A DNA stretch of 42,631 nucleotides from Candidatus Woesearchaeota archaeon (lineage in GTDB: Archaea > Nanobdellota > Nanobdellia > Parvarchaeales > Parvarchaeaceae). Where the stretch lies: positions 1 to 42,631 of the forward strand of contig CAYOMU010000001.1 in NCBI GenBank assembly GCA_964405205.1, given 5' to 3'. Under the pieces are notes generated by a model, which was not told where the DNA came from, ran no database searches, and saw only the letters and a list, made by a program, of their open reading frames with translations. Positions 8,203 through 17,049 of the stretch are shown here, piece after piece (position 1 is the first letter of the stretch; the number at the start of each line of letters is the position of its first letter). A program made the position numbers and the translations under genes.

Positions 8203-8691
8203 ATGGAAACTTATGTTTTGATGAATAAACCTAGATATAATAGTTTTAAAAATGCATCAAAGATACGTGAGGAGTTTGAAATGCGCGGCATAAAAATAGA
8301 AGACGAAGGTGACGGCTCTATAAGAATTATTGGAGAAGATGCGTATGTTGCAACTCAAGCAGCCGAGGTTTTAAGCGCTTTTAATCGTGGATTTAGTGAG
8401 GAAGATTCTCTTCTGCTTTTTAATGAAAATTATGAATTTTTATCAATCGACATAAGAGATTACGCTAATTCTAAGAATAGACAGATTCAGTTAAAAGGTA
8501 GAGTTATTGGAAAAGAAGGCAAAATTAAGGAGCAAATAGAAGCCAGAACAAATACAAAAATTAGTGTTTTTGGAAAGACTGTAAGCATAATTGGTGAATA
8601 TGAAAATGTAGATAGAGCAAGTAGAATAATAGGTGCAATACTAGAAGGAAAGCAGTTTTCAACAGCATTCAAATTACTAACTTATGGTTGA
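8203..8691 (+). CDS. KH-domain RNA-binding protein (Dim2/Pno1-like)
   Basis: GRVIGKEGKIKEQIEARTN is a KH GxxG loop, and a second KH-like half lies N-terminal. Confidence 0.75.
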   Translation: METYVLMNKPRYNSFKNASKIREEFEMRGIKIEDEGDGSIRIIGEDAYVATQAAEVLSAFNRGFSEEDSLLLFNENYEFLSIDIRDYANSKNRQIQLKGRVIGKEGKIKEQIEARTNTKISVFGKTVSIIGEYENVDRASRIIGAILEGKQFSTAFKLLTYG

Positions 8692-10519
8692 AGATAACAT
8701 TACAGATATTGCCGAGGAGCTTGCAAAAGGACAGAAGAGCATAAGTATTACTGAGTTCTTTGAAAAAAATAGGCACTTGCTTGGATTTGAAAACAAGCAA
8801 AAAGCTTTACTAACTTGCGTAAAAGAGGCCCTAGATAATGCATTAGATGCGTGTGAAGAACAAGCATACGCGCAACTAAAAAGAGGAATGAAGGTTGATT
8901 TACCAGAGATTAAAGTAGAGGTTAAACAAGTTAGTGAAGACTATGAGGTTTTAGACAATGATACTGTAATTGGGGAACTTTCTGTCTATGATAAAGAAGT
9001 TGTATTTAAGTTTAAAGGAAAAACCCTTTCAGCAAAGAAAAGTACAAATATAAAATTCACTCATGAGGATAACGAAATAAACGTATCTTTGGCAGAGGAC
9101 AAAATTGTTGTTACTTTAAATAATAAACAAGTGCAATTAAAGAAGAAAAGTCCTAGATTTAGGATTTCAGTTGCAGACAATGGCCCAGGAATTGTTGAAA
9201 CTCAAATTCCGTATATATTTGGTAAAATGCTTTATGGTAGTAAATTTCACAGGATGAAACAATCAAGAGGTCAGCAAGGTATTGGTATTCATGCAGCAGT
9301 TCTTTATGGACAACTAACAACAGGAAAACCAGTAGTGGTTACTTCAAAAACTTCTTCAAAAGAAAAAGCAATTAAGATGGCAATAATGATTGATATCGTT
9401 AAAAACGAGCCGATTGTGATTAGCAAGGAAGAAACTGAATATGAATATCCTCATGGTACGAAAGTTGAACTTGAGGTTGAAGGAAATTATGTTCTTGGAG
9501 AGCACAGCGTGGATGAATACATAAGAAGAACAGCTATAGTAAATCCTCACGCAACAATTATATATTTCAGCCCTGAAGGTAAAGAATACAAGTATCAGAG
9601 AGTATCCACAGTTCTTCCTCCTGAGCCAATAGAAATTAAACCTCATCCTCAAGGACTAGAGTTAGGTACATTTATGAGAATATTAAAAGATGCTCAAGAA
9701 AGAACGATAGTTTCTGCCTTAGAAAATGAGTTTTCTAGAGTGAGTAGAAGTATAGCAGAAGAAGTGGTAAATAGCGTAGGAATAGATCCAAAAACAAAAC
9801 CTGGTGAGCTTACTAGAGAGCAATATGATTCTCTTTTAAGGGCATTGCAATCTGTGGATTTGCTTAGGCCGCCAACAGATTGCCTTTCTCCAATTGGTGC
9901 AGAGTATATAGAAAGAAGTTTAAAATCTGAATACAACCCAGAGTTTGTATTCGCAGTAACAAGAAAGCCTGAAGTATATAGAGGTATTCCATTTCTTATA
10001 GAAGCGGCTGTTGCTTATGGTGGTAACATAAAATCTGAAAAAGCGTCTTTGTTAAGATTTGCTAACAAAATACCTTTACTACTAGATGCTTCATCATGCG
10101 CTATAACAGCTACTTTTCTTTCCATTGATTTTAGTAGATATGGCATAAAAACTGATGGAAAAACCCCGCTTGGGCCTTTTGTTTTTCTAGTTCATATTGC
10201 AAGCGTTTGGGTTCCTTATACTAGTGAAGGAAAGACGGCGATTGCAAAATATCCAGTGATAATGGAGGAAATTAAGTTAGCATTACAAGAAGTTCTTAGA
10301 GAGGTTTCTAAGTATTTGAGTAAGCAGACAAGAAAAAGGCTTTTAGAAGAAAAACTCAGTTTATTTGATAAATATTCATTAGAGCTTGCAGATTCATTAT
10401 CAAAATTAACAGGAAAAGATCGAGAATATGTTGAGAAAAAGATTAAAGATTTATTAAATACAAGAAGAGAAGAAATTAAATCTAATATATTAAATGAAAA
10501 TGGAACACAAAGCAATTAG
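8684..10519 (+). CDS. top6B: DNA topoisomerase VI subunit B
   Basis: Bergerat-fold motifs LDNALDA, DNGPGI and SRGQQGIGIHAA are present. Length is 611 aa, and top6A follows immediately. Confidence 0.93.
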   Translation: MVEDNITDIAEELAKGQKSISITEFFEKNRHLLGFENKQKALLTCVKEALDNALDACEEQAYAQLKRGMKVDLPEIKVEVKQVSEDYEVLDNDTVIGELSVYDKEVVFKFKGKTLSAKKSTNIKFTHEDNEINVSLAEDKIVVTLNNKQVQLKKKSPRFRISVADNGPGIVETQIPYIFGKMLYGSKFHRMKQSRGQQGIGIHAAVLYGQLTTGKPVVVTSKTSSKEKAIKMAIMIDIVKNEPIVISKEETEYEYPHGTKVELEVEGNYVLGEHSVDEYIRRTAIVNPHATIIYFSPEGKEYKYQRVSTVLPPEPIEIKPHPQGLELGTFMRILKDAQERTIVSALENEFSRVSRSIAEEVVNSVGIDPKTKPGELTREQYDSLLRALQSVDLLRPPTDCLSPIGAEYIERSLKSEYNPEFVFAVTRKPEVYRGIPFLIEAAVAYGGNIKSEKASLLRFANKIPLLLDASSCAITATFLSIDFSRYGIKTDGKTPLGPFVFLVHIASVWVPYTSEGKTAIAKYPVIMEEIKLALQEVLREVSKYLSKQTRKRLLEEKLSLFDKYSLELADSLSKLTGKDREYVEKKIKDLLNTRREEIKSNILNENGTQSN

Positions 10520-11618
10520 TGAGGAAGATGTAAAAAAGCAAAAGGAAGAAACAATTAAAGAATTAGAAAAGATAGGCGAATCTTTACTTTCACAAATAGA
10601 GAAAAAAGAAAATCCTTACTTAGAAATTCCTATTAGAAGACTTTCTAACGTTAAATACAATGAAGAAAAAAGGATATTAGAATTAGGTGAAGCTTTAGCT
10701 AAAAGATATTTCCTTGATGTGGGAGAAGTAAGAAAGTTCGTACAAACTACATCCATTGCAGCATTAGCTAAGCAGCTTATTGAAGAGAAAACTCATGCAG
10801 GATTGAGAGATGTGTTCTATATGCTAAAGAGGACAATTCCAGGTACATCAATCGACCTCGCATATGAACAAGAAGAGACGGATAAGGCAATAGAAGATCT
10901 CGAGCTAATTACTGATTTAACAAGAGAGCAATTGAATATAAATGCAGATAAACGCGGAGTTGTTGCTGGCGAGGTTATAATAGATGATCACGGTGATTTA
11001 ATAGATTGGTCTAAAATGGGGAGTGGTGGCTGGGCAATTCCAAGCAATACAGAGGAAATAGTATTTAAGAAAGTAAGCGCAGATTTTGTTCTTGTAATTG
11101 AGAAAGATGATCTTTGGGAAAGATTAAATGAAGACAGAGTGTGGAAAAAACTTCATTGTTTAATTTTATCAACTAAGGGACAAGCAACTAGAGGAACTAG
11201 AAGATTGTTACAAAGACTAAACAAAGAATTTGGTTTACCAGTTTATGTCTTAACCGATTTTGATCCGTGGGGAATTTATATTTATTCAGTAATTAAATTT
11301 GGTTCTATAAATTTAGCTCACGCTTCTGAGAAGTTAGCATTGCCAGAAGTGAAATTTGTAGGAATGCGTTATGATGACATTCAGAAATATAATCTTAAAA
11401 AACATCTTATAAAGTTTAAAGATGTTGACTTTAAGAGGATTCAACAAGTCAAAGAATATGAGTGGTTCAAGAAAAACAAAGCATGGCAAGAAGAACTTAA
11501 TAAAATGGAATCTATTGCAGCAAAAGTAGAGTTAAACGCATTAGCTTCTAATGGAATTAGATTTATTTCAGAGAAATATATTCCTGATAAAATAAAGGAA
11601 AAGGACTTTTTAGATTAA
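10494..11618 (+). CDS. top6A: DNA topoisomerase VI subunit A (Spo11 family)
   Basis: It has the Toprim motif LTDFDPWGIYIY and a GLRDVFY region. It overlaps top6B by 26 nt. Confidence 0.93.
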   Translation: MKMEHKAISEEDVKKQKEETIKELEKIGESLLSQIEKKENPYLEIPIRRLSNVKYNEEKRILELGEALAKRYFLDVGEVRKFVQTTSIAALAKQLIEEKTHAGLRDVFYMLKRTIPGTSIDLAYEQEETDKAIEDLELITDLTREQLNINADKRGVVAGEVIIDDHGDLIDWSKMGSGGWAIPSNTEEIVFKKVSADFVLVIEKDDLWERLNEDRVWKKLHCLILSTKGQATRGTRRLLQRLNKEFGLPVYVLTDFDPWGIYIYSVIKFGSINLAHASEKLALPEVKFVGMRYDDIQKYNLKKHLIKFKDVDFKRIQQVKEYEWFKKNKAWQEELNKMESIAAKVELNALASNGIRFISEKYIPDKIKEKDFLD

Positions 11619-11909
11619 ACCAAGTTGTTGTTTTGCACTTTCACTCATTTTGTCTGGAGACCAGGGCGGCTCGAAAGTTATTTCTATTTCTACATCTTTA
11701 GCTCCGGTTTTTTCTTTTACTTTTTGTTTTACATCTTCAACAAAATAGTCTATTATTGGACAAAATGGTGAAGTTAAAGTCATAGTTATAGATACTGAAT
11801 CGTCAGTAGTTTTAATATCATATATTAATCCAAGGTCTACTACATTTATTGGAATCTCAGGATCATAGCAATTCCTTAATGCTTCTATCACCTTGTTTTT
11901 ATCTATCAT
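11610..11909 (-). CDS. DUF59/MIP18-family Fe-S cluster assembly protein (SufT-like)
   Basis: YDPEIPINVVDLGLIY and TLTSPFCP motifs are present; length is 99 aa. Confidence 0.85.
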   Translation of the reverse strand: MIDKNKVIEALRNCYDPEIPINVVDLGLIYDIKTTDDSVSITMTLTSPFCPIIDYFVEDVKQKVKEKTGAKDVEIEITFEPPWSPDKMSESAKQQLGLI

Positions 11910-12721
11910 AATATATTCAGCAATCCTTGAGTTATTAGTTGAATTGGAACTATGAATGCGAGTGCAGGGTATCCTTTTCCTCTTTCTCCAAATAATAAAA
12001 TTATTAGAAGTCCTATAATTGCTGCTATTCCTTCTAAAATTCCAGACAATAGATGACCACTTAATACTTGAGCGCTTACTAATATATTAGGGAAAGCAAT
12101 ATCACCATTTCCTAAAAACAACATATCTCCAAACAAGCCTTTCTTCTTTTTTGCCATTGCAATTATTAAGCCTCCTTTTTCTGGATTATTTTTATATGCT
12201 TTTGCTAAGCTTATCATGTGTTTAGAAATAAACACAGAGATATAATCGTACAGAGCTAATGCTGTGATCAAAAACAATGAACCAAGGATTCCTAAATATA
12301 AAGCGAATGTAACAGCAATAACAACATCTGTTATTATGTTTATGGCGTCAGAATACCACCATCTCTTGATTTTGTTCTCAATGAACAATATTATTCCTGA
12401 GATAATAATAGATGGAATTATACCAACAAAAATATTGATAAAAAGTATAAGAAGCAAAAGTCTAACTATATCAATTACACTCATTGAAATTTTTGATATT
12501 CTTTTCTTTAACAAAAAGATTAAAATTAACGAAAAAACAACAATATAAGCTAAAATAGATACTACGAATATTAGAGAATTAGTTGCTGATAATTGAACTT
12601 TTTGCAAGCTTATTTGTGTTGTAAATACATTTTTAATATACAAGGAAGTAATTATTGTCACTTCTACTGAGATTAAAAACAGCAATATGAGTTTTATAAT
12701 TTTATCTGGTTTGTTCTTCAT
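11906..12721 (-). CDS. Presenilin/signal-peptide-peptidase family (A22) intramembrane aspartyl protease
   Basis: It has LYDYISVF (YD), LGNGDIAFP (GxGD) and YPALAFIVP (PAL) motifs in a polytopic membrane protein. Confidence 0.8.
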   Translation of the reverse strand: MKNKPDKIIKLILLFLISVEVTIITSLYIKNVFTTQISLQKVQLSATNSLIFVVSILAYIVVFSLILIFLLKKRISKISMSVIDIVRLLLLILFINIFVGIIPSIIISGIILFIENKIKRWWYSDAINIITDVVIAVTFALYLGILGSLFLITALALYDYISVFISKHMISLAKAYKNNPEKGGLIIAMAKKKKGLFGDMLFLGNGDIAFPNILVSAQVLSGHLLSGILEGIAAIIGLLIILLFGERGKGYPALAFIVPIQLITQGLLNIL

Positions 12722-13361
12722 TTATTCTATCAAATATCGCTGCAAGAATTAATAATATCATGCGCGGATTACCTTCAGCCTTTTTATATGCAGTTTCTAT
12801 GTCTTTCTCTTGAAAAGGCTCAATTGAATCCGAAGCAACTCTTCTTATTAAGTTAAGCCTATTTATGATTATTTGTTTAATGTCCGCAAATGATAATCCT
12901 TTTAATTCTATTATCTGTATTTTGTTTTCTTGAATACAAGTCACACATTTCTCTATACCTTCTTCTCTGTTTTCAACTAATATCAAGCAAGCATGTTCGC
13001 TCACGACACTTATTAAATTCCTTAATCTGTTTTTTTGAAGTTCTGTAAATCCATCCTCGTTATTTATATCGTCTATAGCAATAATATACTTGTACCTGTT
13101 ATCAAAAGCTAATTCATTTAATCTCTCAAGTGTGGCAGCATTTAATTCGAAGTAAGCAGTTCTAATATTATTTTCTTTTTTGAGTGAGTTTAGTGCATAC
13201 TTGACTAAAGAAGTTTTACCTATTCCTGGGGGCCCTTTAACAACTATAACACCTCCATTTATAAACTTGTTTATGGCTAAATGCAATTCAGCAAGCTCAG
13301 TATCTCTATCTACTATTTGTTCGTGCTCAGAAGGAACTATATATAAAAAAGGGTTTTGCAT
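12702..13361 (-). CDS. Short AAA+/P-loop ATPase, Orc1/Cdc6-like or Arch_ATPase-like core without a C-terminal winged helix
   Basis: Present are DRDTELAEL upstream of Walker A GPPGIGKTS, Walker B IIAIDDIN, and a sensor-2-like AEGNPRMILLIL. Length is only 219 aa. Confidence 0.6.
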   Translation of the reverse strand: MQNPFLYIVPSEHEQIVDRDTELAELHLAINKFINGGVIVVKGPPGIGKTSLVKYALNSLKKENNIRTAYFELNAATLERLNELAFDNRYKYIIAIDDINNEDGFTELQKNRLRNLISVVSEHACLILVENREEGIEKCVTCIQENKIQIIELKGLSFADIKQIIINRLNLIRRVASDSIEPFQEKDIETAYKKAEGNPRMILLILAAIFDRINEEQTR

Positions 13362-13397
13362 AAGATGTTTTATTTTTCACCTATTTAAATTATAATT

Positions 13398-13472
13398 GCG
13401 CCCGTAGTTCAGCCCGGATAGAACGGCCGCTTCCTAAGCGGCATGTCGCAGGTTCAAATCCTGCCGGGCGCA
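13398..13472 (+). tRNA. tRNA-Arg (anticodon CCT)
   Basis: A hand-folded cloverleaf gives acceptor GCGCCCG/CGGGCGC, anticodon loop TTCCTAA (CCT at 13433-13435), T-loop TTCAAAT and discriminator A. No CCA is encoded. Confidence 0.95.
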
Positions 13473-13504
13473 ATTAACATACTAATTTACAAGGTTAATT
13501 ATTT

Positions 13505-13795
13505 ATGTTAAATCTAATTTGTCCAGATAAAGAAAACATAACTAAAGATACAATTAATAAGGCTAAGAAACTAACAAGTTCCGTTAAAGTAGACTTTATA
13601 TCTGCTCGTAACATTTATTTTTCAGTTATTAGCAAAGAAAAGCACAGTGTTATATACTCTTTTTTGAAAGGACAATGGTCCTGTGATTGTAAATATTTTG
13701 CGCTAAATCATAAAATATGCTCTCATATTTTAGCAGTAAATTATAAAATCGCAGAATCAGCTATTTATCGCAGTGATAAGATCAATTATTCCTAA
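13505..13795 (+). CDS. SWIM-type zinc-finger protein
   Basis: WSCDCKYFALNHKICSHILAV matches the CxC-x(n)-CxH SWIM signature; length is 96 aa. Confidence 0.7.
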   Translation: MLNLICPDKENITKDTINKAKKLTSSVKVDFISARNIYFSVISKEKHSVIYSFLKGQWSCDCKYFALNHKICSHILAVNYKIAESAIYRSDKINYS

Positions 13796-13915
13796 AATTA
13801 TCAAAGAATAGCCTAGAGTTCTTTTATTAATATAATTGAATAAATTCAGTACAATACTTATACACAGAAGCAACGTAGATAATATAAATACTGTTTGTTT
13901 AGTTGTTAGTTTCAT
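13757..13915 (-). CDS. Possible 52-aa two-helix membrane peptide (not in ORF track)
   Basis: An ATG-to-TGA ORF reads MKLTTKQTVFILSTLLLCISIVLNLFNYINKRTLGYSLIILGIIDLITAINS. It fills most of the 154-nt gap but overlaps the SWIM gene 3' end by 39 nt. Confidence 0.25.
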   Translation of the reverse strand: MKLTTKQTVFILSTLLLCISIVLNLFNYINKRTLGYSLIILGIIDLITAINS

Positions 13916-13949
13916 TTATTAGTTAATTATTTTGAAATATAATTATATT

Positions 13950-14471
13950 ATGGAGGACTTAGATCAATTAAGGGAGATGATAAAGCATGCTTCAGATGTT
14001 GTATTAGATTTGGCTCAAATTAAAGTGCGTATTTTAGCTATTTCTGGCAAACAAGAATTGAGTCAATTAAATATTTCTTATAATAACGTTCCTTTAGAAA
14101 GTGAGCAAAGCAAAGCTACAAATATAAATATGCCTAATGCAAATATTAGTGCAATAAATATTAATCAATTGCCAACCACAGTAAATTCTACTGAAACAAA
14201 AGTACCTAAACTTAATTTATCTAAAATGAAATCATTACAAGAAACATATTCACAAGTACCTATAGAGTCTGAGACTAAAAATCCACCAGCAAATTCACCT
14301 GAAGGCCTTCTTCATTATGTAATTAGTAAAAGGAAAGTAAGATTATCAGAAGCATCAAAGAGCTTGAATGTGCCAAAAGATGTAGTAGAAAAATGGGCTA
14401 CAGTTTTAAGCGAGGAGGGTTTAATTAAAATAAGTTATCCTTTTTTTGGTGAGCCCACTTTATCTGTATGA
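13950..14471 (+). CDS. Hypothetical protein with C-terminal winged-helix-like domain, coupled to a KaiC-like ATPase
   Basis: The first ATG is at 13950; the 13932 start is a TTG. It has an N-terminal helix, an Asn-rich low-complexity linker, and a C-terminal RLSEASKSLNVPKDVVEKWATVLSEEGLIKISY. It forms an ATGA overlap with the next gene. Confidence 0.5.
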   Translation: MEDLDQLREMIKHASDVVLDLAQIKVRILAISGKQELSQLNISYNNVPLESEQSKATNINMPNANISAININQLPTTVNSTETKVPKLNLSKMKSLQETYSQVPIESETKNPPANSPEGLLHYVISKRKVRLSEASKSLNVPKDVVEKWATVLSEEGLIKISYPFFGEPTLSV

Positions 14472-15154
14472 TAGAGAAGATTAAAACAGGAATAGATGGT
14501 TTGGATGAAATGCTTGATGGAGGAATTCCAAAGGGCTATACGATATTTTTATCGGGAGTTGCAGGTAGTGGTAAAACTACATTTAGTTTGCAGTTTTTAA
14601 GTTATGGTGCAAGACAAAATGAACCAGGTCTTTATATAACTCTAGAAGAAAGTGCAGATCAGATTATTAATGATTATGAAGTATTTGATCCCGATATAAG
14701 GAATATAATAAACTCAGGTAAACTAAAAATAATAGAAATTCCAATTTCTGACTTCGAAACATTTAAGGATACAATATCTAATGAAATCATAGCTGGAGGA
14801 ATTAAACGACTAGTTCTTGACTCCATTTCTTATTTGCAAATTCTATTTACAGATAATTTGTCATTTAGAAAAGCAATAATAGAGCTTTCTAATTTATTGA
14901 AGAGGTCTGGGGTTACTTCAATTCTTATTGGAGAAATGCAATCTGGAAGCAATAGCTTTTCTGTTAGCGGAGTAGAGGAATTTGCAGCAGATGGAGTTAT
15001 AGTTTTATATTCTGTTCAAAAAGAAGAATCATTTATTAGAGCAATTAGAGTAGCGAAAATGCGTGGTACTAAAATATTAACAAAAATGTGCCCCTATGAA
15101 TTTGTTGAAGGAAAAGGTATTGTGGTATATCCTTCAGCCGAGGTATTTACGTAA
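14468..15154 (+). CDS. Single-domain KaiC-like / RecA-superfamily ATPase
   Basis: Present are GIDGLDEMLDGGIPKG, Walker A GVAGSGKTT, YITLEES, Walker B RLVLDSIS and VAKMRGTK. Length is 228 aa. Confidence 0.8.
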   Translation: MIEKIKTGIDGLDEMLDGGIPKGYTIFLSGVAGSGKTTFSLQFLSYGARQNEPGLYITLEESADQIINDYEVFDPDIRNIINSGKLKIIEIPISDFETFKDTISNEIIAGGIKRLVLDSISYLQILFTDNLSFRKAIIELSNLLKRSGVTSILIGEMQSGSNSFSVSGVEEFAADGVIVLYSVQKEESFIRAIRVAKMRGTKILTKMCPYEFVEGKGIVVYPSAEVFT

Positions 15155-15161
15155 ATAAGTT

Positions 15162-16118
15162 ATGGAAGATTTATGGGTCGATAAGTACAGACCTTCTTCC
15201 TTTGAGGAAGTAGTAGGTCAAGAAGAAGCAGTTAAGAAATTGGCCGCAATGGCTGCTAGTGGCAACGTTCAGCATTTATTATTTTCTGGCCCCCCAGGAG
15301 TAGGTAAAACGACATGTGCGTTAATATTAGCTCATACTGTTTTAGGTGACACTTGGTCGGACAATTTTATGCAATTAAATGCTTCTGATGATAGAAAACT
15401 ACAGGTAATTCAAACAAGGGTTAAGGAATTTGCAAGATCTAAACCAATAAACGCAAAATTTAAGATATTGTTTTTAGATGAAGCAGATTCATTAACTACT
15501 GAGGCTCAGCAAGCATTAAGAAGAATGATGGAGGATTATGGAGAAAATTGTAGATTTATTTTTAGTGTTAATTATCAATCAGAAATTATTGAGCCTATAC
15601 AATCCAGATGCGTTATAGTTAGATTTCAAGCGCTAGATAAAAAAGATGTATTTAAACTTATTGATAGAATTGCTAACGCTGAGAATCTTTCTATAAGCGA
15701 AGATGCAAAAGATGCGCTATTTGCAATTACTAGAGGAGACCTTAGAAGACTAATAAATCTGCTTCAATCTCTAGCAATGGTTAATAACAATATAAGTGCT
15801 GAAATGGTTTATAAAAGTGCGACTAGAATAAGTATAGAAAAAATAGATGGAATTATAAAGTTTGCTTTAAATGGGAATTTTATTGAGGCCAAAAAAATTA
15901 TTGATGAATTATTAGATCTAGGAATTTCTCCTTATGAAATTCTTAATGCTTTATATAACCGAATTTCGTATGATGAATCTGTTCCAATAAAAAAGAAAAT
16001 TAAACTAATAGAAAAAATAGCAGACGCTGATTATAGAATTATAAATGGGGCAACGCCTTTAATACAACTCGAGGCCTTAATTGCTTTTCTGAGTGAAGAT
16101 GATAGAAATTCCGAGTGA
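15162..16118 (+). CDS. rfcS: Replication factor C small subunit
   Basis: Motifs WVDKYRP, GPPGVGKTT, LFLDEADSLT and QSRC (the SRC motif) are present. Confidence 0.95.
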   Translation: MEDLWVDKYRPSSFEEVVGQEEAVKKLAAMAASGNVQHLLFSGPPGVGKTTCALILAHTVLGDTWSDNFMQLNASDDRKLQVIQTRVKEFARSKPINAKFKILFLDEADSLTTEAQQALRRMMEDYGENCRFIFSVNYQSEIIEPIQSRCVIVRFQALDKKDVFKLIDRIANAENLSISEDAKDALFAITRGDLRRLINLLQSLAMVNNNISAEMVYKSATRISIEKIDGIIKFALNGNFIEAKKIIDELLDLGISPYEILNALYNRISYDESVPIKKKIKLIEKIADADYRIINGATPLIQLEALIAFLSEDDRNSE

Positions 16119-17049
16119 ACTAGATTATTTTATAGACAATGATGTATTAAGGCAAGTACTTCCTAATTTAAAGCCTAATTCCAAGTTTATATTTTCAGGA
16201 CCGTCAGGTGTTGGTAAGACGTTTCTAGCAAAGTGTATTGCAAACAAGCTTGGCTATTCTTTTGTGAGCATTGATTTACTATTATTAACATTTCAAAACT
16301 CTGATCAATTATTTAATTTTATTGCAAGAACTTCTCTCTCTAAGAATTTGCAAGGACAAGCTAATCTTTTATTAATTACAAATTCTGAAAAACTACTGGA
16401 TATAAATCCCTCTTTATTTCTCAAGATAAAGGATTTGCCAGGTATTATAATTTTTGAAACTAATTCAGATTTTCCTTTTCTTTCAAAATATAAGAGATAT
16501 GTTGAAAACTATGTGATTGTTAAATTTAATAAATTACCTTATTCAGCTTTAAAGCGAATAATGTCCATTCTAATAAAATTAAATAACGTTTATGTTCCTC
16601 AAGATGTGCAGGAGAGCATTATTAATAATGCACATGGAAATGCACAAAGTTTAATTAATGATTTAAAATCGTTTCTATTAACGCATTCATATGTTTTTTC
16701 AGAGAGAAATTCAGAAGATAGTCTGTTTATGAGTATAAAGAATCTTTTAAGCGGAAGGCAAAGTAATGTATTTTTAGCATCTGAAGACGAAATAAAGGTA
16801 TTTTTAATGTGGCTTGCGGAAGAAGTGCCTTTAAATCTCAATAAGGAAAAACTAAAATTAGCCTTCGATATTTTAAGTCAATCCGATATTTTTCTAAATA
16901 AAATTCAGAAACAAAATTGGTTTCTTTTAAAGTATATAAATAGTTTGATTAATGAGATATCTGAAATTTCCAATGTCTATAATCCAAAAATGACCTATAA
17001 GATCAAATATTCTCATTATCTAAGTACTTATTCTAAAACAAATCCTTGA
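16099..17049 (+). CDS. rfcL: Divergent, short replication factor C large subunit
   Basis: It has Walker A GPSGVGKT and AHGNAQSLINDLK (compare GDLRxAxNxLQ). FLMWLAEEVP and SQSDIFLNK align to the RFC-L collar region as I recall it from Pyrococcus RFC-L. It sits directly after rfcS. The first ATG is at 16099; 16093 is a GTG. Confidence 0.65.
   Translation: MIEIPSELDYFIDNDVLRQVLPNLKPNSKFIFSGPSGVGKTFLAKCIANKLGYSFVSIDLLLLTFQNSDQLFNFIARTSLSKNLQGQANLLLITNSEKLLDINPSLFLKIKDLPGIIIFETNSDFPFLSKYKRYVENYVIVKFNKLPYSALKRIMSILIKLNNVYVPQDVQESIINNAHGNAQSLINDLKSFLLTHSYVFSERNSEDSLFMSIKNLLSGRQSNVFLASEDEIKVFLMWLAEEVPLNLNKEKLKLAFDILSQSDIFLNKIQKQNWFLLKYINSLINEISEISNVYNPKMTYKIKYSHYLSTYSKTNP

Noticed and set aside
13398-13949. 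tRNA-Arg could be an integration site for a small mobile element carrying the SWIM gene.
   Set aside because: I could find no direct repeat of the tRNA 3' half downstream. There is no integrase or transposase, and no obvious compositional shift.
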